From contig OZ024740.1 of NCBI GenBank assembly GCA_964016885.1, positions 248,124,001 through 248,188,000 of the forward strand: a stretch of 64,000 nt of DNA. Direction: 5' to 3'. The notes under the pieces were generated by a model. It was not told the DNA's origin. It searched no databases and saw only the letters and a program-made list of their open reading frames with translations. The DNA comes from Eledone cirrhosa (Eukaryota). Positions within the stretch are counted from its first letter, which is position 1. Each line of letters starts with the position of its first letter. Shown here in pieces: positions 52,523 through 64,000 of the stretch. A program made the position numbers and the translations under genes.

Positions 52523-54325
52523 TATTATAAACAAAACAAAAAATCAGTGATGCATCTGGACTTAGTTTATTTCGTGTTACAAATGTTTCGCCGGCATGTA
52601 GCTCGAGTTATGGTCCTTGTATGGATCTGGCTGATTCTACTTCTGCGGGTTCTTTCAGACATGGGTGTTATGTCCGGAGCAAATTTTATCACTGGGGTGT
52701 TATCATCAAAACAACACCCTCAAAAAACCCTCTTTCCACTCTTGTCAGGCCATTGGCTGTTTCTACTCCACGTCATCACAAGTTCTGGTCAGTATCTGCT
52801 GCCACACGGTTCATCAACCATTTTCCGTCCGACACATTTCAATGGAGTCATGCTGGGTTCAGTACTTCACACGTCTGCTCACACTTCAGAGTAAGCACCC
52901 ACACATAACTAGAATAAAGACATAATAACACACACATGTTCAGACATATACCTATCTATGCATTCACACTCGTACGTCTACATGCGCAGACACCCACAAT
53001 GCCACATACATACATCACAGTATATATACTCACACAACCTCTCTGCCTCTCTCCCATGGGTCCAGTCACACACACTTGTTGATACATGCCGCCACAAGCC
53101 TTCTGACTGTTCTGTATCAATTGGGTAAGCATGTCCTATTCAAACATACACATATATACATACACATGCATGCACACACACAGACGGCCAACCTTCTATA
53201 CATTTAAATATATATATATACACACACTCATACATATGCATATATACATACACACATACATTCACATACATACATACATATATACACACCTGCGTATACA
53301 CACATATATATACACACATAGGATTTTTTCATTCTGATGGATGAAAGCAAATATCGTTTGCTTTCAAGAAACCATTGGTAAATAATTATCTTGTTGTTCA
53401 TTAGATAACTATATGTATATATATACATATATATATACACACACATACATACATACACACACATATATGCACAAACGTAAACTCACACCTGTCCACACAC
53501 ACATACATACATAAACATTGCCTACTCACGTACCTACACACACACACATATATATATATATATACACATATATACACACAAAAAAGAAAAAAGGACAACT
53601 TAACATGCATACGCTCATCCACACATATACATACAAATACCCATGCATGGGCCGATATACATGCGTACGCATACATGCTGCCGCATGTATACACCTGCAC
53701 GCATGCACATCTGCCTACACACACAGAAGTGCCACCACATATACATGTACATATATAAACACACCTGTAAGTGAACATTTGAAAATACATTATGCAATAA
53801 AAAACAGTATAATAACATAAGAAAAATATACAATGAAATATAATATACAATGTGGTATATATATATATACATACACACATATATATATATATACATATAT
53901 ATCCCCCTATTATACACACACACACACATACGCACCTACGTATATATATACACACACACATACACAGACGCACACGTACACAGACTCATACGTACATATA
54001 CGAATATATACGGGTATGTATAGAGGATATGTGATAAAATAATACAACATGAATAATAATAATAATGAAAAAAACATATATAGTCCATATATAAACATCC
54101 GCACACATTCCCAAGAGATGCACATAAACACATACATGTATGCACAAATACATATACACACATATAGAGGCCCGTAAATTCATGCACCTGCACCCACACA
54201 CACATCCACATATATACACCCATACACATCCACACATATATACTCACACTTACCCGCCAGCACACATACACACACACACCTACTCATATGTGGTTATACG
54301 TACTTACTCACTCATACACATATAG

Positions 54326-54365
<40 letters not shown>

Positions 54366-54970
54366 ATACATATATAGACACACGTATACACACACATAGA
54401 CCCACATTCTGCCACATATGTATATATATGCACATGACTGCGCATAATCTCGTGCACCCACGCACCCATGCCTATACACACACCCCAACACCCACCCACG
54501 CATATATATACACACACACACACATGCACATATACCCATACACGTATCCACACATAAAAAAACTTGTGAACATAAACCCAATATGATAATAAAATAAAAT
54601 AAGTAAATAAATTTACAATATTTTAGGGTACATTAATTCTGTATGTAACTGCATAAATAGGTACAAGAAAAGAAGGGGTAAAAGAAAAAAACGGGGGGGG
54701 GGGTATGAGAAGGTGCGTGCGTCCATGTGACATATTACACACAGGCATTATGAGATGCAAGAGGGTTTTTTGAGGGTGTTGTTTTGATGATAGCACCCCA
54801 GTGATAAAATTTGCTCCGGACATAACACCCATGTCTGAAAGAACCCGCAGAAGTAGAATCAGCCAGATCCATACAAGGACCATAACTCGAGCTACATGCC
54901 GGCGAAACATTTGTAACACGAAATAAACTAAGTCCAGATGCATCACTGATTTTTCGTTTTTTTTATAATA
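52523..54970. repeat. ~210-bp near-identical inverted repeats (52523-52734 / 54759-54970) enclosing ~2 kb of mostly CA/TA low-complexity DNA
   Basis: Same MMHLDLVYF... translation appears on opposite strands. Confidence 0.9.
53331..53383 (+). ncRNA. Degenerate hammerhead motif
   Basis: ATT CTGATGG A TGAAAGCAAAT(ATC)GTTTGCTTTCA A GAAA CCATTGG TA AAT; core A9 altered, stem I only 3 bp. Confidence 0.5.
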
Positions 54971-54984
54971 TATATATATATATA

Positions 54985-55482
54985 TAAACAGAAATTATCG
55001 AGATTCGCATTTCGGCCTATGAAATAACGAAAAACAACCTCCAAGATGTGCGGCAAGTGCTCAATGATTCAGATGAACCAGAGCTATAACAAACGTTAAA
55101 GGCCAAACATACTGAGACGATGGTTAAACAATCATTCGCATAGCCCCAAAAAACGATCAAGTAATTCGGGTATTGAAAATTTACCCGGACCCCTGGAAGG
55201 TTGGTAAAATCCAGTATATGGGTTTCTGCAGCTCCTAAATCAAGTACCGTCCGCGTACATAAATAATGTCAGACTTCTGGTAAGATGATTGAACAAGGAA
55301 GCCACTTTCTCAACAGGTTTTAGTTCAATGTTAATACAAGGACTGACTATTGCTGACCCCACGTGGGGATCGGCAAGGGAGGCAACCTCTATATCAGGTG
55401 AATGGATTCAGTTGTGTATATTTTTGCAAGAATGCAAAAACATCACAAATCGAATAGAGTTCTCAACAGAAGGGTTAAAATT

Positions 55483-55486
<4 letters not shown>
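54985..55486 (-). mobile_element. Divergent single, 5'-truncated relative of the 615-bp unit
   Basis: Collinear conserved blocks on the reverse strand (TTGAG.ACTCTA, GATATAG.GGT, TCCCTTG, CAGAAACCCAT, GGGTCCGGGTA, GTTATAGCTCTG.TTCATCTGAAT.ATTGAGC); (TA)n flanks. Confidence 0.8.
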
Positions 55487-55523
<37 letters not shown>

Positions 55524-55944
55524 TATATATATACATATATACACACTATATATATACATATATACACACTATATATACATATATACACACATAGTGTCAT
55601 AATGTCGTAATGCAGACAGCCAGGCATACAGACATATTATGATGGTGCAACTTTATAACTATGTATCTATCTAAAAAGAGAAAGACTAAGAATTATAGAG
55701 AGAGATCGCTAAATCGCCTAATGCGGTCCCTAGAGCATTGAAAATTTGAAATTTTTTTTTGCTGAAAACACTCACGGGACCATAAGTATTACATGTGTAA
55801 AGTTTGAAAAACTCGGTTGGGTGGTTCTCGAGTTTTAGTGATTGGACAGACATTCTCTGTTTTAGATATATATAGATATATATATATGGATGTATGTATA
55901 TCACAATCATTGTCGTTTAACATCCACTTTCCACGCTAGCATGG

Positions 55945-55997
<53 letters not shown>

Positions 55998-56000
<3 letters not shown>

Positions 56001-58730
56001 TCATCATCATCATCATCTGGGTCCGCTTTTCCTTGCTTGCAAGGATGGGATGGGTGCTTCTCAGCACAGCATCTCTCCATTTGCCACGTCCTTCATCATT
56101 TCCTCTGTGAGCTTCACCCATAATTTTCGTGGTCTTCCTCTTCTGCGTCTTCCTTCTACTGGGATTTCTTGAAACTTCTTTACCCAGTGGTCATCCTCCA
56201 TGTGCATCACATGTCCATACTAACGTAGTCTTCTCTCTCGCACACTACAGTTTATCCTTCTTATACACAGTTTCTCTCTCAACTCATCTATGCTTGGTCG
56301 TTCACGCACATTGGAGCATGCTTGTTTCATTTCTTTCCAGCTGTCGCATATCCTCCGCAGTTGGTGCCCATGTCTCACTACCATGCAGCATCACGCATCT
56401 CACACAGGCATCATATAACCGGCCTTTCATTCATAGGGAAAAACCCTTTGTTGTCCACAGAGGAAGCAGCTCCCTAAACTTCTTCCAACCCGTCCTTATT
56501 CTAGATATTATGGCCTTGGAGCATCTTCCTCCCTTCCTAATCTGATCACCTCAGTATTGGTACCTATCGATGATACCTGTATTTGAAAAATGTGTCTATC
56601 ATTGCCACTTCTACTGTCAAATTTCCCTGAAGATCTACTGCATATATAGTTTTCCCTACCTGTTAATTTGCCTGCTATCTCACTACATCTCTTGTGTACC
56701 TAAGATCTGCATTGTGTACATTCTATAGAATTCATGCCAACTCCTTTTCTACATATCGACATGACTATTTTCCTGATGGAATCAGAGTTTTGACCTCTTT
56801 TCTACTTAACACTTCAGTCTTAGCTGGGTTCACTCTCAGTTCTCTTGATTCCAACTGCTGTTTCTATAGCCAGAATTTATTCTCTAGCTCCTCTACTGAT
56901 TCTGCTAAAAGAACCAGATCGTCAGCATAGAGAAGTTCCCATGGGCAGCCAGCTTTAAACTCCTCTCTTATGGCTTGGAGAACTATAATAAATAAGAGTG
57001 GGCTGAGGACCGAACCCTGATGAACTCTTACTTGTATCTGGAATTCCTCACTAAACTCCATTCCTACTCTCAGTTTACTGACAGCTCCTCTGTACATAGC
57101 TTGCACTGTCCTCACAAGCCATTCCTCTACACCTAGTTTCCTTAGGGACCATCAGATGACAGATCAGAGTACTCTATCAAAGGCGATCTTTTGGTCAACA
57201 AAAGCTAAGTATAGTGGCTTATTCTTCTCTAAGAACCTCTCTTGTAGTTGTCTCACTAAGAAGAGGGCATCTGTTGTACTTTTCCCAGGCACAAAACCAA
57301 ACTGCATCTCATCTAATTTGACCCTTTCTCTAATTAGTTGTGCTCACATTCTTTCTATCACTTTCATAACCTGATCCATCAATGTTATACCCCTCTAATT
57401 GCTCCTCTCCAGAGCATCCCCTTTACCTTTGTAGCAATTTATAAGAATACTGCTGCACCATACTTAGGGTACGACTCCGCCATATATATAGCCTGTTTGA
57501 CTATGTCTGCAACCAGTTTAGTTCCTACTTCTGATGCCTTCAGCATCTCAGCAACTATGCTTGACAGTCCAGCGGTCTTACCACTTTTCATTTCCTTAAT
57601 TGCCTCTTTGACCCTATAGTTGTCAATCTCAATAGCTGGTCCCTGTGTTGGGTCTGCTGGGAGTAAGTTCTCTCTCTCCCATTCATTTTCAACATTCATT
57701 AGTCTCTCATAATGACATTTCCAGGCCTCCTTTTTCTGAGCATCTGTGACACTAAGTGCACCAGCATAATTTGGACACGCTTATCTCCAACAACATCCGC
57801 ACGTCTCTGATCTTCTCATCACAGAACATTGGCAAACCTCCTACTCTCAGCCCCCCTGCATGTTAAGTATAGCTGATCTAGCCTCTCTTTTAGCATCCGA
57901 GTATTGGTCTCTACTCCCACCATTTTTCCAAGCCTTCCATGCTTGTCTTTTGTCTTTAATGGCACTATCTACCGTGCTGGTCCACCACCAGGTCACCCTC
58001 TGTCTGGTTGGCGCTCCGCTCCAGCCACAAATCTCTTTAGTAGCCTGCTGTAAGTTGTCACGTAAGAACTTTCAGTTATCATCTATGCCATACGATTCTC
58101 ATTTGTCTTCTTTCTCGTCATACACATCTTGAAGGGCTTTCCTAAATTTATATTTTAGCAAAAGGTCTTTTAGCTTCCAGACCTTTCTTTTCCACACCTT
58201 CCTGTATGTCTCATTCTGCCTCTTGCTTATTGAGATGTCACTAATGACTAACCTATGTTGGGGAGTACATTCTTCCCTGGGGCATGCCTTAGATTTGAAA
58301 CCATCTGTCTGTCTTGTTGCCTAACTAGCCAGAAGTCAATCTGGCTTATGTGCTCGCCTGATTTGTAGGTTATTAGGTGTTGGTCGGTTTCTTGAAGTTA
58401 GTGTTGCAAATGGTTAGTGCACTTGCATCACAAAATTCAAGAAACCTCACTCCTTCGTTTCTTGAGCCATAACTGTGATCACCATGTACCCCAGTGTATC
58501 CATCCTGGAGCTGTCCAACATGACCATTGAAGTCCCCTGCTAGCATAACGATGTCTCTGTCTTCTGTCATTGTGGTTGTTTCTAAAAGTTGCTCGTAAAA
58601 ACAGTCTTTCTCTTCTTCACCTAGGCCTGCCTGGGGAGCATAGGTAGAGATGATTGTCAGCAGTCTCTTGCCTACAACTAATCTAATCTTAATTATTCTA
58701 TTACTGACTCTAACTACTTCTATTGCTTAA
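55998..58730 (-). mobile_element. Degenerate RTE LINE, subfamily of 10620-13677
   Basis: GDFNGHVG, MNVENEWERE, HQGSVLSP, YADD fragments; GAT tail at ~55998-56016. Confidence 0.9.
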
Positions 58731-58748
58731 ACTTTAATCTGTTATTTT

Positions 58749-59225
<477 letters not shown>

Positions 59226-59528
59226 TATATATAATTATATATTCGTGTACAGATATTTTTGCATACACATATAAACAAAAGTATTTATTTGACGATAAAT
59301 TATTGATTTTCTTCAAACGAAAAAAAATGTAGACACCAACCCGAGGCCGAGGTATTCCGTACTTCTCTGTACTGTTATTTATATATTCGTGTACAGATAT
59401 TTTTGCATACACAATAACAAAATATAAACAAACGTATTTACTTCACGAGGCTCGAGAAGGATAAATATATATCAAATATATAAGAACCCTAGAGCAAATC
59501 CCGAGCAACGCCGGGCCATTCTGCTAGT

Positions 59529-60063
59529 ATCTATATATCTAAAACAGAGAATGTCTGTCTGTCTGACTCCCTAAAACGCGAGAACCATCCAACCGATTGT
59601 TTTCAAACTTTACACATGTAATACTTATGTTCCTGTGAGTGTTTTGAGCAAAAGATATTTCAAATTTTCAATGCCCTAGGGACAGCATTAGGCAATCTCT
59701 CTATAATTGTTAGTCTTTCTTTTTAGATAGAGACATAGATATGACGTTGCGCCCTTAAAATATCTGTCTGCATGTCTGGCTGTCTGCATTACGACATTAT
59801 GACGTTGCTATCTGTGTGTGTGTATATATGTATATATAGTGTGTAACGTTTTTCGAAATATTTACTATTTTTCTAGTTTCAGAAAATCCTGTTAAGGGTG
59901 AAAGCAGCGATAATTATATATTCGTGTACAGATATTTTTGTATACACAATAACAAAATATAAACAAATGTATTTATTTCACGAGGCTCAATAAGGATAAA
60001 TATATAACAAATATATAAGAACTCTAGAGCAAATCCCGAACAATGCCGGGCCATTCTGCTAGT
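59529..60063 (+). mobile_element. Non-autonomous Helitron-like element (related pieces 59230-59528 +, 52000-52410 -, 55590-55875 -)
   Basis: A|TCTATAT start, GTCT repeats, 3' hairpin CCCGA.CAA.GCCGGG followed by CTGCTAG|T. Confidence 0.7.
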
Positions 60064-61249
60064 ATATATATAAAGTAGTATTCCTATCTGTTTGTTTGTA
60101 TGTTTGTTCACAAACTACTCCTATGGTTTTGGAGATAGACCCCCATAACCATATATATATTCTAAAACTACATTGCCCAGGGTACTTGGATAAGTATATT
60201 TCATTTTAATCAAAGGGTTCCACGGTGGGCACAAAACCCCGCTGAAAATTTTTTCCCTTCGATTTATATGAAATTTAAAACAGGTAAATGACAAGATATG
60301 ATGCCTATTCACTATGTTAGAGCGAAAATTGTTTTGTTTGTATATATGTATAAATACACACACACACACAAATATTGGCAACATGACCATCCCCAAATAT
60401 AACTATATATATGTATGTGTGTGTGTGTGTGCGTATACACACACACATTCATTTTCATTTCATTTTACGTCCACTTTTTCCCTGCTTGCAAGGGTGAGAC
60501 AGGAACTGATTCTGGCTTGATTTCTACAGCTGGATGCCCTTCCTAACACCAACCTCATTTACAGTGAGTGCTGGGTGCTTTTTTGCCGTGGCACCTCCAC
60601 GTCCACTTTACAATGAGTCCTGGGTGCTTTTTTGCCGTGGCACCTCCACGACCACTTTGCAGTGGCATGATATGGACCCCAGTCCCTCTCATCTCATTTC
60701 TACAGCTGAGTAAACTGGAGCAATGTGAAATAAAGTGTCTTGCTCAAGGAAACAACACATCACCCGGTCTGAGAATTGAACTCACAACCTTTCGATTGCA
60801 AGGCCAATGCTCTAACCACTAAGCCATGTGCCTCCATGCATATATATATATATATATTTATTAAAATAACAGATTTTAGTCTTCAAATTTATTATTATTA
60901 TTACTATATATAGGCGGTGAATTGGCAGTATCAGTAGAGGGTCGGACGCCATGCTTTCTAGCATAGTTACATCCCATTACGACCTGAGTTCAAATCCCGC
61001 CGAGGTTGACTTTGCCTTTCATCCTTACGGGGTCGATAAAATAAAGTACCAGTAATGCACTGAGTAATTTCTGGCCTTTTTCCTAAAGTAGAAACAATTA
61101 TATTACTATATATATCTGGCCTGTGCCAAAAGTAGAAACAATTATTACTATATATATATATATATATACGTAAATAAGACCGTTATTGCTCAAAACATTC
61201 CATAAATACCCTAAACCGAATGTGAACCTGCATTCTTGCTAAACCATGT

Positions 61250-61530
61250 ATATCATCATCCTCATCGTTTTTAGTCCGTTTTACATGCTTGAATGGATTG
61301 GACGGGTCTTTCATAACACTGCACCTCTTCAATTGTCACAATGTTTCTTCATCTCCTTTGTGAGTCTCAGTGATTTAAGATCAGCTATCACCACCTCCAC
61401 GCAGGTCTTCCTTGGTCTACCTCTACTACAGCTTCCTACCACTAGGATTTACTGGCACTTCACCCAACCATCACCATCTATGCACATCACATGTCCATAC
61501 CAACACAGTCTTCTTTCTTGCACACCACTT
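61250..61530 (-). mobile_element. RTE LINE 3' fragment
   Basis: GVQERRLCWYGHVM on the minus strand. Confidence 0.75.
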
Positions 61531-62769
61531 CCTCCTCTCTCTCTCTCTCTATATATATATATGACCTTGAACAAATATCCACCAAACCCTTGCTTTCCAT
61601 GAACTCGAGTAAACACAAGCCATAATTGTTCAATCAACTTTATACATCAGACACATAGTGCACCAAACATAAATGAAAATTTGAACAGGCCCTTCAAAAC
61701 CATTCCCTCCCAAGTATAATAACAACCCACCTACACCAATTACTGTTATGAGGACAATAGACAATATTAGGCTGTAGCCTTCATATTACATTGTGTCTAT
61801 GTTACTATTATGTAAATGGCTTTGATGCATAATGAGTATAACCACTAAAAATAATCTCAGGCATATACCCTCTACAAATCTGACCTGATATATAAACACA
61901 CACCAAAATAAACCACTCACTTAACTGCCTATACCCAAACTGACCAATCCGAAACCCTGCAATCACTCATTAGCCTAATCCAAATCCTATCTCGCTTAAC
62001 AAATCAATTAACCTGCACAAACAAACTAGAGTGAAGTAGACCCAAACAACTCGAAATAGTAGTACTAAATCAGAAATTATTGCAATCCAATCAGCACAAA
62101 CCATAAATATTAAAGTAACACTAAGCAACACACAAATGTCAGCCAATCATAACCTAACCAACAAAGAGTATATTGAGTATGAATCAAATAAAGGAAAAAT
62201 AACAGATTTAATAAAATATAACACAAAATGATAAACAGCTATTAATAAAGTATAATACATAACACACAATTAAAAGAAAAATATTGAAATATCTCACCAA
62301 AATCACCATGTGTGTATTACTGTCCAATGAAAATGCCAGCATGTTAATTATAGAAACTGAAATGACTGCACATATGTCTTTGCAGAAGCAGCTGATGTTG
62401 GAGGCACTAAGTTTATCCACTTTCATCCTCAATAGCATATTGCCTATCCAGTTTTCGTTTTTCACCTCCCTCAGGCCGTTCTTTAGGCCACCCTATCATA
62501 CCTTTCACTTTAATCCTGAATTTTCTTGGATATGGTTCATTATTTATCATGTTTTCTCCACCATTACTACATCAACCAATCATACCTCTGCAGCACAAAC
62601 TAGCAACCAGCTAACTCAATTTTTTCCTAGGACAGTTGTTTTTTTGATCTGATGTTTGTTTCTGTATGGCTTATGGATTACTAAGTTGGAGCATTACTAA
62701 TCAGCAAATATGAACACACCAACCACCTCTGGATGATCACGCAATCGATCTTCTTTATTTCAGCCATGG

Positions 62770-64000
62770 AACCCCCCAACCAAACTCCCACCTATCTCTC
62801 GCTTCTCCCTCACCCACCCGAACTCCATAACTTCAGACTTTCACCATGAAAGGTAGATCCGGAGGGATTGTAGAGATGCTTGAACGAAAGAAAATCAATA
62901 TGTGCTGTGTACAAGAGACTAGATGGAGAGGTATGTCAGCCAGATTCTTCGCAGGCAAAAAATATAACGTTGCTACAAATTTTTCTAGGTGAGAAATGAT
63001 GATGTGCTAGGTAGAGTAGGGATTTTCGTCGCAGAAAAGTAGGTAAACAAAGTTATTGCTGTAAATAGAGTAAATGACAGAATAATTAAACTTAGACTTG
63101 TACTAAACAGAACAACCATGACAATTATATCTGCCTATGCTCCTCAATCTGGACTTCCAAGCCATACAAAAAGACAGGTTCTATGAGTCTCTAATGCTCA
63201 CGACTTCCCAAATTAACGACAACGACTTCCTATTCATTGCAGGTGACTTCAACGGTCATGTAGGACAACTCTTCGATAACTTTGATGGGATCCACGGGGG
63301 TTGCGGGTATGGTCCTAGAAATGAGGAAGGCTTCAGACTACTGGAATTCTGTGACGCCAATGACCTATCTATCTGTAACACGAACTTCAGAAAACGAGAT
63401 AGTCACCTAATCACATGTAGATCAGGTGACCACGCCAGCCAAACTAGAAGACGAGACAGAGTGACTGTTAGGAACACAAAGTCCCTCCCCAGTGAAGAAT
63501 GCACCTCCCAACATAACTTAGTAGTTAGCGACCTTATATTCAGGACTAGAAGAACTTGACAACAGAAGCCTACCTGGAGGAGACGAGTATGGAAGTTAAA
63601 AGATCCATCAAACAGCGACAAATTTAGAAGTATGTTGACCCTCACCTTCGACAGCAAGGAAGAGCAAATAGAGACATACCATATAGAGGAGCAGTAGGAG
63701 TTCCTAAAAGATAACCTACTGAAAGCGACAGATGAAGCCTGTGGTTGGAGTAGGTCTCTAGGGAGACGGAGAGTGACTTGGTGGTGGAATAGTAAAATAG
63801 ATGAGACAATTAAGGCCAAAAGACAGGCTTGGAAAGATTGGCATAATGGGGTAGCAGGGGAGTTTACTAGAAGGCTAGGAGAGAAGCTTGGCGACAAATT
63901 TACCTCGTTAGTAGGGAAGCAGAAAACAAAAAGTTTAAGCATGTTTTGCAGTGTGAGGATCAAAGACGTGAGGTGTTCAGGATCGCTAGACAGTGTGTCA
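62770..64000 (+). mobile_element. Degenerate RTE LINE 5' part (APE domain), continues beyond the window
   Basis: AGDFNGHVG, CNTNFRK, RVTWWWNS; collinear with 36330-37520. Confidence 0.88.

Overview
Repeat-saturated, AT-rich metazoan DNA. The SINE/LINE repertoire and huge (TA)n tracts suggest a cephalopod such as Octopus; this is inference only. No confidently identifiable host gene or intact transposon ORF is present. Recognisable content: about ten RTE-clade LINE copies or fragments (APE-RT with an inserted PHD-like finger), R4/Dong-like, Tx1/L1-like and CR1-like LINE fragments, mariner/Tc1 relics, tRNA-derived SINEs, TTAA-flanked MITEs, Helitron-like elements, two Naiad-like Penelope (PLE) fragments and a 200-N gap. 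The most interesting layer is non-coding: a set of (TA)n-embedded structured elements. (1) A 310-bp tandem array (1801-7413) in which every unit carries an intact minimal type I hammerhead ribozyme (18 copies, retrozyme-like), with a head-to-head inversion at ~5625. (2) An unrelated 466-bp 1.35-mer with a perfect hammerhead at 35888-35930. (3) Several fold-back elements with hammerhead cores at or near their symmetry centres. (4) A 615-bp x4.3 array lacking a canonical hammerhead; a divergent relative at 54985-55486 shows compensatory base pairing and the same 3' end, making it a candidate undescribed structured or catalytic mobile RNA. All coordinates and folds were read by eye.
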